Source of the DNA: an uncultured Porphyromonadaceae bacterium
Lineage (GTDB): Bacteria; Bacteroidota; Bacteroidia; Bacteroidales; Muribaculaceae
Direction of reading: 5' to 3'
Length of the DNA: 64,000 nucleotides
NCBI GenBank assembly: GCA_947176755.1
Contig: CAMWRW010000002.1
Span: forward strand, 3,773-67,772
Shown here: piece by piece, positions 1 to 10,517 of the stretch
Position numbering within the stretch: position 1 is the stretch's first letter
Layout: the number at the start of each line of letters is the position of its first letter
Position numbers and translations under genes: made by a program
The notes under the pieces: model-generated
What the model saw: the letters and a program-made list of their open reading frames with translations, nothing else
Told to the model about the DNA's origin: nothing
Database searches by the model: none

Positions 1-863
1 AAGGCATAAAGAGCGTCGATTGTTTTATCAGGGCTTGACCCGGGGAGGAGGTGGACAATAATTCGAGCCTCCTTCGACGTGTTGTCGTCAATCTTGCGCA
101 CCTTTATCTTGCCCTTCTCCATTGCCGAAATAATCGATCCGATAAGAGTCGACGTGTTCTTACCGAAAGGAAGTTCCGTTATAACAAGTGTTTTCGCGTC
201 AAGTTTCTCAATCTTTGCTCGGACGCGTACAGAGCCTCCTCTTGCACCGTCATTATACTTCGAAGCATCCATCAGGCCTCCCGTCTGGAAATCCGGAAGC
301 AATTTGAACGGGCGTCCGTGAAGAAAGTCGATTGCCGCGTCGATAATCTCATTGAAATTATGAGGCAAAATCTTCGATGAAAGAGCAACCGCAATTCCCT
401 CCACACCCTGAGCGAGCAAAAGAGGAAACTTCATCGGCAGCGTCACAGGCTCAAGTTTGCGGCCATCATAACTTGGCGTCCATTGAGTGATTTTCGGGGA
501 AAAAGCCGTTTCAAGAGCAAACTCCGACAGTCTGCCCTCAATATATCGTGGGGCGGCCGCCGAGTCCCCCGTAAGGATATTTCCCCAGTTACCCTGAGTG
601 TCGATCAACAGCTCTTTCTGTCCGAGATGCACAAGTGCATCCCCGATAGATGCGTCGCCGTGGGGATGATACTGCATCGTATTTCCCACAATATTGGCAA
701 CCTTATTAAAGCGTCCGTCGTCGAGCGTCTGCATCGAATGCAGGATTCGACGTTGCACAGGCTTAAGGCCATCCTCAATATGAGGCACGGCGCGTTCAAG
801 AATCACGTAAGAGGCATATTCCAGATAAAGGTTTCGGAACATCCCCTGAAGCTCGGTCGACAT
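1..863 (-). CDS. parC: DNA topoisomerase IV subunit A (type IIA topoisomerase A subunit), N-terminal part; 3' end lies beyond the window edge
   Basis: Minus-strand frame with ATG at 861-863 stays open to position 1, so it is absent from the ORF track. My translation reads MSTELQGMFRNLYLEYASYVILERAVPHIEDGLKPVQRRILHSM...QYHPHGDASIGDALVHLGQKELLIDTQGNWGNI...AAAPRYIEGRLS. That is the GyrA/ParC N-terminal domain, and the QGNWGN form is ParC-like rather than GyrA-like. Confidence 0.85.
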   Translation of the reverse strand, partial: MSTELQGMFRNLYLEYASYVILERAVPHIEDGLKPVQRRILHSMQTLDDGRFNKVANIVGNTMQYHPHGDASIGDALVHLGQKELLIDTQGNWGNILTGDSAAAPRYIEGRLSEFALETAFSPKITQWTPSYDGRKLEPVTLPMKFPLLLAQGVEGIAVALSSKILPHNFNEIIDAAIDFLHGRPFKLLPDFQTGGLMDASKYNDGARGGSVRVRAKIEKLDAKTLVITELPFGKNTSTLIGSIISAMEKGKIKVRKIDDNTSKEARIIVHLLPGSSPDKTIDALYA

Positions 864-925
864 TTATTTCAGGATTTAGGAGTTCGGTAAAATAAGGAAA
901 AGAATGGCGTCAGTCAGCCGACTGT

Positions 926-1393
926 TCAATGCGAAGCCGCTGCAAGCTCCTGCTCGCGGCGAAGGGTCGCAAGTCCCACGTGTTCAGCATCCCCCCAATT
1001 TGCGAAAGGATGGATAGAGATTCCCCCTCTTGGCATAAAGCGTCCCTTCACCTCGATATATCGAGGATCCATCAGAGCCCGCAGGTCCTTCATGATAATA
1101 TTGACACAATCTTCATGGAAATCCCCGTGATTTCTAAAAGAGAAAAGATAGAGTTTCAGGCTCTTGCTTTCCACCATCTTTTCCCTCGGAATATAAGAAA
1201 TGAAAATATGTCCGAAATCAGGTTGCCCCGTTTTCGGGCAGAGGGTGGTGAATTCCGGGCAATCGAACGTTACGACATATTCATTTTCAGGATGTTGATT
1301 ATCAAATGTCTCCAGAAGTTTTGGATCATAATCCGAAGCATATCGGGTAGATTGGTTTCCTAAAAGGGTTAGTGAGTCAAGGTTTTCTCTCAT
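926..1393 (-). CDS. queF: NADPH-dependent 7-cyano-7-deazaguanine reductase QueF (unimodular type)
   Basis: Track ORF 926..1450. Contains [18 protein letters not shown] and [15 protein letters not shown], the QueF signature. Start trimmed to the ATG at 1393 (MRENLD...), which removes the overlap into queE. Confidence 0.9.
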   Translation of the reverse strand: MRENLDSLTLLGNQSTRYASDYDPKLLETFDNQHPENEYVVTFDCPEFTTLCPKTGQPDFGHIFISYIPREKMVESKSLKLYLFSFRNHGDFHEDCVNIIMKDLRALMDPRYIEVKGRFMPRGGISIHPFANWGDAEHVGLATLRREQELAAASH

Positions 1394-1404
1394 AGTGTTA
1401 GCAA

Positions 1405-2022
1405 TTAAGGAATTCCAAGAAATCTGTGAAGCTGGACCGACAAAGTCCATCTCGGGTCGGCGAGCACACGGCTTACAGTCCGGAGCCTGTTCTTCCGGAA
1501 CTCGTCAGGGTCGGCGACATAGCAGGGTTGAAGATACATCAATGTTTTATCCCCCTTGCATGGCAGGTTGAAATATGGTTCAAGATCCTGTCCGATATCC
1601 ACGACCTTGATCTCATCCGCATGGGCCACCTTCACACTTGTTCTCCCGTCCATCTCCGCTCCATCAGGAGTCTCTATTCCGAACTTAGGCGAAACAGTGA
1701 CCCAATCGATTCCTTCCGGCAGTGGAACAGTTCCGTTTGTTTCGACGGCGATTTTCTTTCCCGTGGCCCTTTTGAGCAGGCTGATAAAATCCTTGTCGAT
1801 TCTGAGGGCGGGTTCCCCGCCGGTGATGACAATCCAATCGGCTGAATAAAGCTTCACGGCGCGGATAATCTCATCATCGTCCATCAATATTCCCTCCTCA
1901 TGGTTCGTGTCGCAGAAAGAGCATTTCAGGTTGCATCCCGAGAACCTGATGAATACAGAAGGGTAGCCAGAATGATGCCCCTCTCCTTGAAGGGAATAGA
2001 AAATCTCATTAATCTTTCTCAT
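1405..2022 (-). CDS. queE: 7-carboxy-7-deazaguanine synthase QueE (radical SAM)
   Basis: Track ORF 1405..2154. [39 protein letters not shown] carries the CxxxCxxC radical-SAM cluster motif. Start trimmed to the ATG at 2022. Confidence 0.9.
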   Translation of the reverse strand: MRKINEIFYSLQGEGHHSGYPSVFIRFSGCNLKCSFCDTNHEEGILMDDDEIIRAVKLYSADWIVITGGEPALRIDKDFISLLKRATGKKIAVETNGTVPLPEGIDWVTVSPKFGIETPDGAEMDGRTSVKVAHADEIKVVDIGQDLEPYFNLPCKGDKTLMYLQPCYVADPDEFRKNRLRTVSRVLADPRWTLSVQLHRFLGIP

Positions 2023-2341
2023 AGGCGGCCATGTTACCTTCGCTCTCCTGCACACTGCAGCGGAAACAATTCGGGACATTGTCGACAATCCAGCGAGCCA
2101 GGTTTTCGGCCGTAGGATTGAACGGGAGCACGTCGTTGAGCACGCGATGATCAAGACGGTCGTGGATCATTCGCTTGATATGCGTGAAGTCCGCCACCAT
2201 CCCATCCTCGTTAAGCTCACGCGAGCGGCACTCCACTGTCACGATCCAGTTATGGCCGTGAAGCGAAGTGCACTTGCTCTCGTAACCCAATTCAAGGCGA
2301 TGGGCCGCGCTGATCTCAAGTGTTTTTCTGACGTAATACAT
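2009..2341 (-). CDS. queD: 6-carboxy-5,6,7,8-tetrahydropterin synthase QueD
   Basis: 110 aa. ISAAHRL...CTSLHGHNW is the PTPS/QueD zinc-binding motif. It overlaps queE by 14 nt, which fits an operon. Confidence 0.9.
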   Translation of the reverse strand: MYYVRKTLEISAAHRLELGYESKCTSLHGHNWIVTVECRSRELNEDGMVADFTHIKRMIHDRLDHRVLNDVLPFNPTAENLARWIVDNVPNCFRCSVQESEGNMAAYEKD

Positions 2342-2357
2342 GCTTTTTCAGTCAGCA

Positions 2358-3167
2358 TCAAGCCTTGCGGCTTCTTGTGGTCTTTTTAGGTTTAACCGCA
2401 GGCTCCTCAGGCGCGTTTCCGGTAAGAAGAGCGTCAATCATGATTCGGCCGCAATATTCGCAGACAATCACCTTCTTATGCATCTTGATTTCAAGCTGAC
2501 GCTGAGCCGGAATTCGGTTAAAACATCCTCCGCAAGCATCTCGTTGCACGGTTACGATGCCAAGACCATTGCGTGCATTCTTGCGGATACGTTTGAAAGC
2601 GGCCAGAGTGTAATCATCGATTTCACCCTCGATTTCTTTTGCTTTGCCGCGGAGTTCCTCCTCCTGTTCGCGCGTTTCGTTGGTGATTTGTTCAAGTTCA
2701 GCCTTCTTTTGCTCAAGGATATGTTCATGGTCCGTGAGTTGCTCGCGGTCGCGCACGAGTTCAGCCTCCTTCTGTTCGATCTTCGCCTTGGCGTCGCGTA
2801 TATGTTTCTCGTCGAGCTGAATCTCAAGAGTCTCGAATTCCTTCTCCTTTTCAAGGAAAGCGAATTCTCGGTTATTTCTCACATTATTAATCTGCTCGTC
2901 GTATTTAGCCACCTTTGCCGAGCGGTCGGCAATATCCGCATTTTTAGCTTCAATCAAGTCGTGGAGAGACTTCAGTTCATCCTCATGCTTTTCAATACGG
3001 GTCTGGTAACGAATGATTTCATCCTCCAGATCCTTCACCTCAAGAGGCAGTTCTCCGCGGAGTGTGCGGATACGATCGATTTCCGACAGATAAGTCTGAA
3101 GTTGGTAAAGCGCTTTGAGGCGATCCTCCACGCTGTTCTCCTTGTCGTGTTTCTTCTCGGTTGCCAT
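2358..3167 (-). CDS. Coiled-coil protein with C-terminal C4 zinc ribbon (COG1579-like), the usual partner of Nif3
   Basis: 269 aa with long heptad-rich E/K/L sequence. Ends with CGGCFNRIPAQ...VCEYCGRIM. Lies directly downstream of the Nif3 gene. Confidence 0.75.
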   Translation of the reverse strand: MATEKKHDKENSVEDRLKALYQLQTYLSEIDRIRTLRGELPLEVKDLEDEIIRYQTRIEKHEDELKSLHDLIEAKNADIADRSAKVAKYDEQINNVRNNREFAFLEKEKEFETLEIQLDEKHIRDAKAKIEQKEAELVRDREQLTDHEHILEQKKAELEQITNETREQEEELRGKAKEIEGEIDDYTLAAFKRIRKNARNGLGIVTVQRDACGGCFNRIPAQRQLEIKMHKKVIVCEYCGRIMIDALLTGNAPEEPAVKPKKTTRSRKA

Positions 3168-3224
3168 TATTATATATTCAATTCTATCGTTAATATCTTA
3201 TTGTTTCAGGTTGTGGGTGTCGGT

Positions 3225-4028
3225 TTAAAGAAGCGTTGCCACAGGATTCTCCTCCTTGCGGGGAAAATAGACCGTCAGCGTCGGGAACTTCTCCTTAATA
3301 ATCCGCCAAAGAATCTTTTCAGCGCAAAGTTCCCCCTCGAAGTGTCCGATGTCGGCAATCAGCAGATCCTGCGAAAAGGATGTAAAATCATGATATTTAA
3401 CATCCCCGGTGATCATCACTTCGGCTCCGGCCGCGATAGCCGCCGGAATCAGTGACGCTCCCGAGCCTCCGCAGATAGCGACGCGTTTTACGACGAGCGT
3501 TCGGCTCTGGGCGGAATAACGGAGTGCCTTTACCCCGAATTTCTCCTTTACCTGGCGAAGAAACTCCAGTTTGGGCGTAGGCTTGACGCATCCCGTCACA
3601 CCCAGTCCCGCCTCAGGATTTCCCGGCAGAGGCGAAAGAGGACGGCAGTCGCTAAGGCCCAAAATGGTGGCCATCTCAAAACTCACCCCTCCCGGAGCCG
3701 AATCAAGATTCGTATGGGCAGAATAGACCGCCACGCCTTCAGTCAGCGCCTTTATCACGGCCTTCTCCACAGGACCTTTCCCTGTCAGGCTTTTCAGTCC
3801 CTTGAAAATGAGAGGATGGTGAGAGACGACCATATTGCATCCGCAGGCGCGAGCCTCATCAAGCACATCCTCCGTCACATCAAGACAGAGCATCACGCCG
3901 CTCACCTCCATTTCGGGGTTTCCAACCTGAAGGCCTGCATTGTCATAACTCTCCTGATATCCGAGCGGTGCGGATGCTTCGATAGCCTCCGCCACATCCC
4001 TGACTCTAATTATTTCCCGTTTATCCAT
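3225..4028 (-). CDS. Nif3-like dinuclear metal centre protein (GTP cyclohydrolase 1 type 2 family)
   Basis: 267 aa with NMVVSHHPLIFKGLKSLTG and a C-terminal GHFEGE-type motif typical of the NIF3/YqfO family. Confidence 0.85.
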   Translation of the reverse strand: MDKREIIRVRDVAEAIEASAPLGYQESYDNAGLQVGNPEMEVSGVMLCLDVTEDVLDEARACGCNMVVSHHPLIFKGLKSLTGKGPVEKAVIKALTEGVAVYSAHTNLDSAPGGVSFEMATILGLSDCRPLSPLPGNPEAGLGVTGCVKPTPKLEFLRQVKEKFGVKALRYSAQSRTLVVKRVAICGGSGASLIPAAIAAGAEVMITGDVKYHDFTSFSQDLLIADIGHFEGELCAEKILWRIIKEKFPTLTVYFPRKEENPVATLL

Positions 4029-4086
4029 TTCCTTATAAATATTGGCGTGCGGCCCTCCGCCACTGGGGAAGGCCGCTCCGCCGGAA

Positions 4087-5841
4087 TTAGTCTTCTTTCA
4101 CGATTTCCAGACCGAGCTCATCAAGCTGAGCCTTGTCAATCGGCGAGGGCGACTCATTCATCACGTCGCGTCCTGAATTATTCTTCGGGAAGGCAATCAC
4201 ATCGCGGATAGTGTCCAGACCTGCCAGAATCGAGACAAATCGGTCAAATCCGAGAGCGAGGCCGCCGTGAGGAGGAGCGCCGTATTTGAATGCTTCCATA
4301 AGGAATCCGAACTGTTCGTGAGCGCGTTCGGGCGTAAAGCCGAGAAGCTCGAACATCGTGTCCTGAAGTTCTGCGTCATGGATACGAATCGAACCTCCGC
4401 CGAGCTCCGTGCCGTTCACGACGATATCGTAAGCCGTGGCGCGGACATTGCCTGTATCGGAATGAAGCAGAGGCACATCGTCCGGGTTCGGAGCCGTGAA
4501 AGGATGGTGCATTGCGTAATAGCGCTGAGTTTCCTCGTCCCATTCGAACAATGGGAAGTCCACAACCCAGAGAGGGGCAAACTTATCCTTCGGACGGAGA
4601 CCGAGACGGTTGCCCATCTCAAGGCGCAGTTCGCAGAGTTGCTTGCGTGTTTTCATCGCGGGGCCGGCCATCACAAGAAGAAGGTCGCCCTCTTTTGCTC
4701 CCGCACGCTCGCCCCAGGCCTTAAGCTGCTCGTCAGTATAGAATTTTCCGACAGAACTCTTGATTGAGCCATCGGGTTCGAACTTCACCCACATCAGACC
4801 CTTCGCGCCAACCTGAGGACGTTTCACGAACTCGGTAAGTTCGTCGGTCTGCTTGCGGCTCCAGGAAGCACAACCCGGAGCGGCGATGCCGACCACGATC
4901 TCAGCCTCATCGGCAACGGCGAACCCATGCCCCTTGGCGAGGTCGGTCAGATCGGCAAACTCCATCCCGAAACGAATGTCAGGCTTGTCGGAACCATAGC
5001 GTTCCATAGCATCCTTCCAAGTGATTCGCGGGAAAGGATCGGAGAAGTCAATATCCTTCACATATTTGAAAATATGTTTAACGAGACCCTCAAACATTTG
5101 GATCACATCCTCCTGCTCCACAAAGCTCATCTCGCAGTCGATCTGAGTGAATTCCGGCTGACGGTCGGCACGCAGGTCTTCGTCGCGGAAACACTTGGCA
5201 ATCTGGAAATAACGGTCAAACCCGCTGACCATAAGGAGCTGCTTGAAAAGCTGAGGACTCTGGGGAAGAGCATAGAATTCGCCGGGATTCATACGCGAAG
5301 GAACAACGAAGTCGCGCGCACCCTCCGGAGTGGATTTCACTAAAATCGGAGTCTCGATCTCGAGGAAGCCCTGAGAATCCAGGTATCGGCGGATTTCGAA
5401 AGCCATGCGGTGGCGAAGTTCGAGATTGCTTCTGACGCTCGGACGGCGCAGGTCAAGATAGCGGTATTTCATGCGCAGATCGTCGCCGCCGTCGGTCTTG
5501 TCCTCAATAGTGAAAGGCGGAATCTCGCTGCGATTGAGCACACGGAGCTCCGATGCCTCGACCTCAATTTCGCCCGTCGGGAGATTCGGGTTCTTCGAAC
5601 TCCGCTCACGGACCGTTCCCTTCACCTCCACCACAAACTCGCGGCCCAGGCGACCTGCCTTCTCGGCAAGTTCGGGATTGCTGTCATTACTGAACACCAC
5701 CTGCGTGATGCCATATCGGTCTCGGACATCGATGAAAGTCATGCCTCCCATCTTGCGGGCGCGCTGCACCCATCCGGCTAGCCGTACGCTTTTGCCGGCA
5801 TCGGCAAGCCTCAGCTCGCCTGACGTATGATCTCTATACAT
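4087..5841 (-). CDS. aspS: Aspartate--tRNA ligase
   Basis: 584 aa. Contains [24 protein letters not shown] (class II motif 2) and GGLALGFDR (motif 3). Confidence 0.95.
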   Translation of the reverse strand: MYRDHTSGELRLADAGKSVRLAGWVQRARKMGGMTFIDVRDRYGITQVVFSNDSNPELAEKAGRLGREFVVEVKGTVRERSSKNPNLPTGEIEVEASELRVLNRSEIPPFTIEDKTDGGDDLRMKYRYLDLRRPSVRSNLELRHRMAFEIRRYLDSQGFLEIETPILVKSTPEGARDFVVPSRMNPGEFYALPQSPQLFKQLLMVSGFDRYFQIAKCFRDEDLRADRQPEFTQIDCEMSFVEQEDVIQMFEGLVKHIFKYVKDIDFSDPFPRITWKDAMERYGSDKPDIRFGMEFADLTDLAKGHGFAVADEAEIVVGIAAPGCASWSRKQTDELTEFVKRPQVGAKGLMWVKFEPDGSIKSSVGKFYTDEQLKAWGERAGAKEGDLLLVMAGPAMKTRKQLCELRLEMGNRLGLRPKDKFAPLWVVDFPLFEWDEETQRYYAMHHPFTAPNPDDVPLLHSDTGNVRATAYDIVVNGTELGGGSIRIHDAELQDTMFELLGFTPERAHEQFGFLMEAFKYGAPPHGGLALGFDRFVSILAGLDTIRDVIAFPKNNSGRDVMNESPSPIDKAQLDELGLEIVKED

Positions 5842-5863
5842 TAGAAAGCTCTTTATTAACGTG

Positions 5864-5895
5864 CAAATATAATAAAAAAGAGGCTAAATGTCAAA
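5864..5895 (-). promoter_or_regulatory. Bacteroidetes-type promoter for aspS (TTTG-N20-TATATTTG)
   Basis: The reverse complement of 5864-5871 is TATATTTG and of 5892-5895 is TTTG, with an exact 20 nt spacer. The -7 box is 22 nt upstream of the aspS ATG. Confidence 0.55.
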
Positions 5896-5919
5896 TCATT
5901 ATTGATAATGATGTGGCAC

Positions 5920-7389
5920 TCACGTTGTTATCCTTTTTTTGCCTATTCTTACTCTCAGATAGTCTGCCGCTTCCTGCAATTCCGGAAGCCTGAACGCGGT
6001 TGCGATCCCTACATATAATCCTGCTCCTGCAATAACGCCGACAATCAGCGTAACCACTGACGGAAGGTCAAGAAGCGACACCGCCCAGGCTCCGCCGGCG
6101 CACACTCCGCCGGCAATCAGGAAGGGGAGTAAATCGCCCCCCATCTTCGAAGCCGAATAGCCCGTCGAGTGGCAGACGATTGCGAGCACTATCACCCATG
6201 TCGCGGCGGAAGCGGTAAGCTGTCCCCAGACGAGCGCCTCGACCGTACCGTGCCATACGGTTGCCAATACGGCAAGGGCAATCAACCCATCTTTCACCAG
6301 TTCAACCGTGAAAATCTTCCTCGCGTATCCCAGAGCAAGAAGGTAATTATTATAGACAGAAATGAGGACGATCAACGCTCCCCTTGCCATCAGAATCTGA
6401 AAAAGCGGCACTGCCGCATCCCATTTCGTGCCGAATAGTGTATGAAACAGAGGAGTGCCTAAGGCAGCACCTCCGAGCATCACCGGAAAAATGATAAATG
6501 CGGAGAATCGGTTGATTCGCTTCACATAGCGGTTGAAACTTTCCCTGTCATCCTGAACGCGTGAAAGCAGGGGTACGAATGTAGCGGTCAGCACCTGCGA
6601 AATCGATGCCGAACCCATTTTGCTCCATTTGTCGGCCTGCGTATATACTCCCAATGCGGTCAGATTATAAAAGGCGCCTATCACGAAGGAATATATGTAA
6701 AGAAAAAACGTGTTGAGTGCAGAAGATGAAAACACACTGAGGCCAACTCTCCAGATACTTTTCAGAGATTCGATGCTGAACACTCTCCTCGGGCGCCATC
6801 CTCCGGTTATCCATAGCCAACCGGATTTCACGGCGCTAAGGGTCACGGATTGCCAGACCAAAGCCCAGGCTCCCGCTCCGGTAAGAGCCAGCCAGATCCC
6901 GATCCCTCCGGACAGGGTGAGGCCGACGACATTCGCCATCGCCACCATCTTCACGTTCATCTTCTTCATCAGGCGTGTCGTCTGGACCAGAGCGGTTCCG
7001 TTGAGGACAAAGGTCAGAAACATCACCCGCGACATAGGAATCAGTCGTTTATCACCCTGAAAAATGTCGGCAATCAGTGGCGCTCCCAGCCATAAAATCG
7101 CGTAGACCAGCAGACTGACCCCGAGATTGAACCAGAACACAGTTGAATAATCCCTCTGCGTAGGTTGTTTTTTCTGCAGAAGCGCCGATCCGAATCCGGA
7201 ATCCACAAAAAGAATTCCGAAAGCCTGAAAGACAAGAAGCGCTCCGACCAGACCGAAATCCTCCTTGCTCAGAATATTAGCGAGGACAATTCCCGTGAGG
7301 GCATAGAGTACTTGCGACGACACCCTGTCGATCGCGTTCCATTTCAGTGTTTTCGCCGTTTGGCGTTTCAGTTCTGAGTCTCCTCCCAT
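5920..7389 (-). CDS. Polysaccharide/LPS biosynthesis flippase (Wzx-like, MOP superfamily)
   Basis: 489 aa polytopic membrane protein. The N-terminal LKWNAIDRVSSQVL...SKEDFGLVG pattern is typical of Polysacc_synt family exporters. Confidence 0.7.
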   Translation of the reverse strand: MGGDSELKRQTAKTLKWNAIDRVSSQVLYALTGIVLANILSKEDFGLVGALLVFQAFGILFVDSGFGSALLQKKQPTQRDYSTVFWFNLGVSLLVYAILWLGAPLIADIFQGDKRLIPMSRVMFLTFVLNGTALVQTTRLMKKMNVKMVAMANVVGLTLSGGIGIWLALTGAGAWALVWQSVTLSAVKSGWLWITGGWRPRRVFSIESLKSIWRVGLSVFSSSALNTFFLYIYSFVIGAFYNLTALGVYTQADKWSKMGSASISQVLTATFVPLLSRVQDDRESFNRYVKRINRFSAFIIFPVMLGGAALGTPLFHTLFGTKWDAAVPLFQILMARGALIVLISVYNNYLLALGYARKIFTVELVKDGLIALAVLATVWHGTVEALVWGQLTASAATWVIVLAIVCHSTGYSASKMGGDLLPFLIAGGVCAGGAWAVSLLDLPSVVTLIVGVIAGAGLYVGIATAFRLPELQEAADYLRVRIGKKRITT

Positions 7390-8111
7390 GTCTCCGAGGA
7401 TAGAGGGAAAATCTTGGCGGCTCCGGTTTTCCTGATGTCGGGCTGCCCTTTATAAAAAATACGCGTCGAGCCAAGCCCTCTCACATCAAGAGTTTCGGAC
7501 GCGTCACATCCGATCGATCCCGTGCCGGTCACGTTGCATTTCACAGTCTCAGCCTGTAAGGCCGAAGCTTCGATAGAGCCTGTGCCGACCAGTGTGTAAG
7601 TTGCGTTGATACATCTTCCCGACATGATGATTTTCCCTGAGCCCGTACTGAGCGAGGCCCTGGCCGACGTGCAGTCGAGATTCCCGACCGTGATCTTCCC
7701 ATTGCCGGTGACATTGGCCGAGAACTCCGGGACAATCGTGGAAAGTTGAGCGGATATGTGAGCATTATCCTCGCTTGACACCCCTGTGAGATAAGCGGAA
7801 TAGACCGTCACCTCCGGCCATTCGGAAAAGTCAGATTCCCTGACCGGTTTTACGCTCAGCTCCCCTTTCTTTATGTTCAGTTCCACATCCTTCGCCCCTC
7901 TTGCGCTCTCCACGACCGCCAACCCGGCTGAGTCAGCAACACACCGATAGTTGATTTTCACACCCCCTTTTGCAGAAATCTTATCAAAAGGAAAAATGTT
8001 GACCACATTTGAGTCGGCCGATGCGGAGCCAATCCCGACGGCAAGTAACAGAGCCAAGAAAAATATACGCGTTGCGCGTGTTATTGCTAACACTTTAAAA
8101 GATTTGCACAT
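7368..8111 (-). CDS. DUF2807 / head GIN domain protein (putative beta-helical surface protein)
   Basis: 247 aa with a signal peptide and repeated GxGxI blocks (TGNGKITV, TGSGKIIM, GTGSIEA, GTGSIGC). Confidence 0.65.
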   Translation of the reverse strand: MCKSFKVLAITRATRIFFLALLLAVGIGSASADSNVVNIFPFDKISAKGGVKINYRCVADSAGLAVVESARGAKDVELNIKKGELSVKPVRESDFSEWPEVTVYSAYLTGVSSEDNAHISAQLSTIVPEFSANVTGNGKITVGNLDCTSARASLSTGSGKIIMSGRCINATYTLVGTGSIEASALQAETVKCNVTGTGSIGCDASETLDVRGLGSTRIFYKGQPDIRKTGAAKIFPLSSETWEETQN

Positions 8112-8113
8112 AA

Positions 8114-9100
8114 TCAGTAGGGTTGAAGGAATTTATCATTTATTTCATCAATCAGGGCAAGCAGTTCATCCTTTTTCTCGGCTCGCAGGAGTCGGATTCT
8201 GGTCTCGCGAAAATTGGGAATTCCCTTGAACAAGGGAGAAGCCGCGAGATGACGTCGTATATGAAGGATACCACGGTACTCATCAATGCGTTCGATACTC
8301 TCCGTGATCTGGCGTTTAAGAATCGCCAGTTTTTCCTCAATTGAGAGTGGATTGACGGCCCCTTTGTCAAGATAATCGCGGATTTCACGGAAAATCCAGG
8401 GAGCTCCGAAAGATGCGCGTCCGACCATGATTCCATCCACTCCGAACCTGTCGAAAGCATCTGCGGCCCCCTCCGGAGTCGTGATGTCGCCATTGCCGAT
8501 AATAGGAATCTCCATTCTCGGGTCCTCTTTCAGTTGGCCGATAAGAGTCCAGTCGGCCACTCCGGTGTACATCTGCGACCGCGTCCTTCCATGGACTGTC
8601 AGAGCCTTTATCCCGCAATCCTGAAGTCTGGGTCCAAGATCGGTGATGATCTTATTCTCGCAGTCCCAACCCAGCCGAGTCTTTACGGTCACGGGAATGC
8701 TGACAGCCTTCACGATGTCGCTCGTGATCGCAAGCAGTTTGGGAATGTCTCGCAGCATTCCTGCGCCGGCCCCCTTTGAGGCAACCTTCTTCACCGGGCA
8801 TCCGAAATTGATGTCAAGCAAGTCAGGACCCGCCTGCTCCACGATGCGAGCCGCCTCAGTCATAGCCTCCGGCTCGCGCCCGTAGATCTGTATCGCCACT
8901 GGGCGTTCACGGTCGTTGATCTGTAATTTTCGGGTAGTTGACTTTATGTCGCGGACGAGAGCCTCCGCCGACACAAATTCAGTGTAGACCATCGCCGCTC
9001 CCATTTCCCTGCAAATCAATCGGAAGGATTCATCCGTCACATCCTCCATCGGCGCCAGCATCACCGGGCGCTCCCCCAAATCTATATCTGCAATTTTCAT
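8114..9100 (-). CDS. dusB: tRNA-dihydrouridine synthase B
   Basis: Track ORF 8114..9175. MKIADIDLGERPVMLAPMEDVTD...INFGCPVKKV...VKTRLGW...LTVHGRT is the Dus family pattern. Start set at the ATG at 9100, but the upstream ATG at 9175 is not excluded. Confidence 0.88.
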   Translation of the reverse strand: MKIADIDLGERPVMLAPMEDVTDESFRLICREMGAAMVYTEFVSAEALVRDIKSTTRKLQINDRERPVAIQIYGREPEAMTEAARIVEQAGPDLLDINFGCPVKKVASKGAGAGMLRDIPKLLAITSDIVKAVSIPVTVKTRLGWDCENKIITDLGPRLQDCGIKALTVHGRTRSQMYTGVADWTLIGQLKEDPRMEIPIIGNGDITTPEGAADAFDRFGVDGIMVGRASFGAPWIFREIRDYLDKGAVNPLSIEEKLAILKRQITESIERIDEYRGILHIRRHLAASPLFKGIPNFRETRIRLLRAEKKDELLALIDEINDKFLQPY

Positions 9101-9195
9101 CAGTATCCTTTCTGTTTGCGAATCATTAAAAACCTCCGGCCTGTTATCTTCGACTCCTATCTTCCGGGTCGCCAATAATAGGGGAGAGATGATGG

Positions 9196-10437
9196 TTAAC
9201 CGAGAGTGAGGCGTGAGAGTCCTTGTCCCGCGATGAGCTCCGCGACTTCTCGCAGATCTTCGGGGCGGACCCTGTTCACAGCCGCAATTGTCTCTTCCGG
9301 CGAATGGACCTCGCCGAAATAGAGAATACTCTTTGCGAGGTTCATGGCCATATTTTCATTTTGTTCTGTCCCGACTGTGAGCTGTCCGACATATTGCCGT
9401 TTGATGCGTTCAAGGGCCGACTCGCTCAGTTCTTTCTCCGCCAGTTTCTCAATCAATCGAGTTATAATGCGTTCACAACGTCCGACCTCTTTAAGTCCCG
9501 TGCCGAAATATATCAGAAGAGCACCCGTATCGCTCATGAGCGCGAACGAACTGTCGACTGTATACACCAAGCCGCGTCGATCGCGCAGTTCTCGGTTGAG
9601 CATGGAATTCATGCAGGGGCCTCCGAAATGATTATTCAGCAGGAAAAGAGCGTGCCGCCGCGGATCGCGGCGACCGAACAGTCGGCATCCCATAAGCGTA
9701 TTTGCCTGAGCGGACTCTTCCTCAATAGTTTCTGAGAAACGGGGGAGAACCTTCGGCGTCAACCTTTCGCGGCGGGGCATGGGGTGAGACAATGCGCCGA
9801 AATATTTATCAGCAATGCGAAACGCCTTGTCGATACCTTCAGGAGCGCGGCAATAGACCACCATGTTTTCGGGAACATAAAAACGGTCAACGAAACTTCG
9901 TGCATTCTCGCTTGAGATTGCTCTTACACTCTCCTCCGTGCCGAGGATATTATGGCCGAGTTCAGAGTCGGCATAGAGCCGGTCGTCGAATTCGTCATAG
10001 ACGGCCTCTGCCGGGTTGTCGAGATATGAATGTATTTCCTCAATGATAACATCGCGTTCGCGGTCAGTTTCAGCAGGAGGAAAAGTGCTGTTGGCGATAA
10101 GGTCGGAGATCATCTCCATTGCCCGTTCTGCATATCCGGCCGGGGCATTGGTGTAGATCATAGTTTCCTCCTTTGTAGTGTAAGCGTTCAGTTCCCCTCC
10201 GATGCTTTCCATCCTGTTGGCAATCTGCCAGCTGCTGCGGCGCCGGGTTCCCTTGAACACGGTATGCTCAACGAAATGAGCCAGTCCGGGATGAGCTCCG
10301 TCGTCACGGCTTCCGGCTCCGATGGCGCAGCCGATATAGCTCACAGCGCCGGGAGCCGCCTGAGCCACAACCCTGAGTCCGTTGCCGAGTGTGATTGATT
10401 CCGTCCTGAAATGCGGGAAATTTCTGTTAGCTGTCAT
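9196..10437 (-). CDS. M16 family zinc peptidase (insulinase-like)
   Basis: 413 aa. HFVEHTVFKGT contains the inverted HxxEH zinc motif. Confidence 0.85.
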   Translation of the reverse strand: MTANRNFPHFRTESITLGNGLRVVAQAAPGAVSYIGCAIGAGSRDDGAHPGLAHFVEHTVFKGTRRRSSWQIANRMESIGGELNAYTTKEETMIYTNAPAGYAERAMEMISDLIANSTFPPAETDRERDVIIEEIHSYLDNPAEAVYDEFDDRLYADSELGHNILGTEESVRAISSENARSFVDRFYVPENMVVYCRAPEGIDKAFRIADKYFGALSHPMPRRERLTPKVLPRFSETIEEESAQANTLMGCRLFGRRDPRRHALFLLNNHFGGPCMNSMLNRELRDRRGLVYTVDSSFALMSDTGALLIYFGTGLKEVGRCERIITRLIEKLAEKELSESALERIKRQYVGQLTVGTEQNENMAMNLAKSILYFGEVHSPEETIAAVNRVRPEDLREVAELIAGQGLSRLTLG

Positions 10438-10445
10438 TATCTTAT

Positions 10446-10477
10446 AAAGGGGCCATGCTCAAAAGCGTGGCCCCTTT
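10446..10477 (-). terminator. Intrinsic terminator hairpin after the TPR gene
   Basis: AAAGGGGCCATGC / GCGTGGCCCCTTT stem with one G-U pair. On the minus strand it is followed by TTTATAAG. Confidence 0.5.
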
Positions 10478-10517
10478 GGAGTTTAAAGTGAGTAAGAGTG
10501 TAGAGTGTCGTGATGGA

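Noticed and set aside
1405-2154. N-terminally extended ORF calls for queE, queF (to 1450), dusB (to 9175), fabD (to 54348), rpsB (to 61958), paralog A (from 29136), protein D (to 40810) and gldE (from 40903).
   Set aside because: The extensions add non-homologous residues ahead of canonical family N-termini or signal peptides. Several of them run through predicted promoter boxes or into the upstream gene, so internal starts were chosen.
2342-2357. preQ1 riboswitch upstream of the queD-queE-queF operon.
   Set aside because: Only 16 nt separate queD from the upstream zinc-ribbon gene, so there is no room for an aptamer. The que genes appear to be co-transcribed with the Nif3 gene string.
2340-3455. 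371 aa plus-strand ORF, the longest of many long ORFs antisense to annotated genes. Others include 14478-15203, 19647-20360, 22732-23454, 45579-46268, 46244-47026, 54965-55642 and 61779-62513.
   Set aside because: Each lies entirely opposite a gene with clear family motifs. Each has low-complexity or Leu/Arg/Ser-rich composition typical of shadow frames, and none has a promoter box or a sensible start context. I treat them as antisense artefacts.
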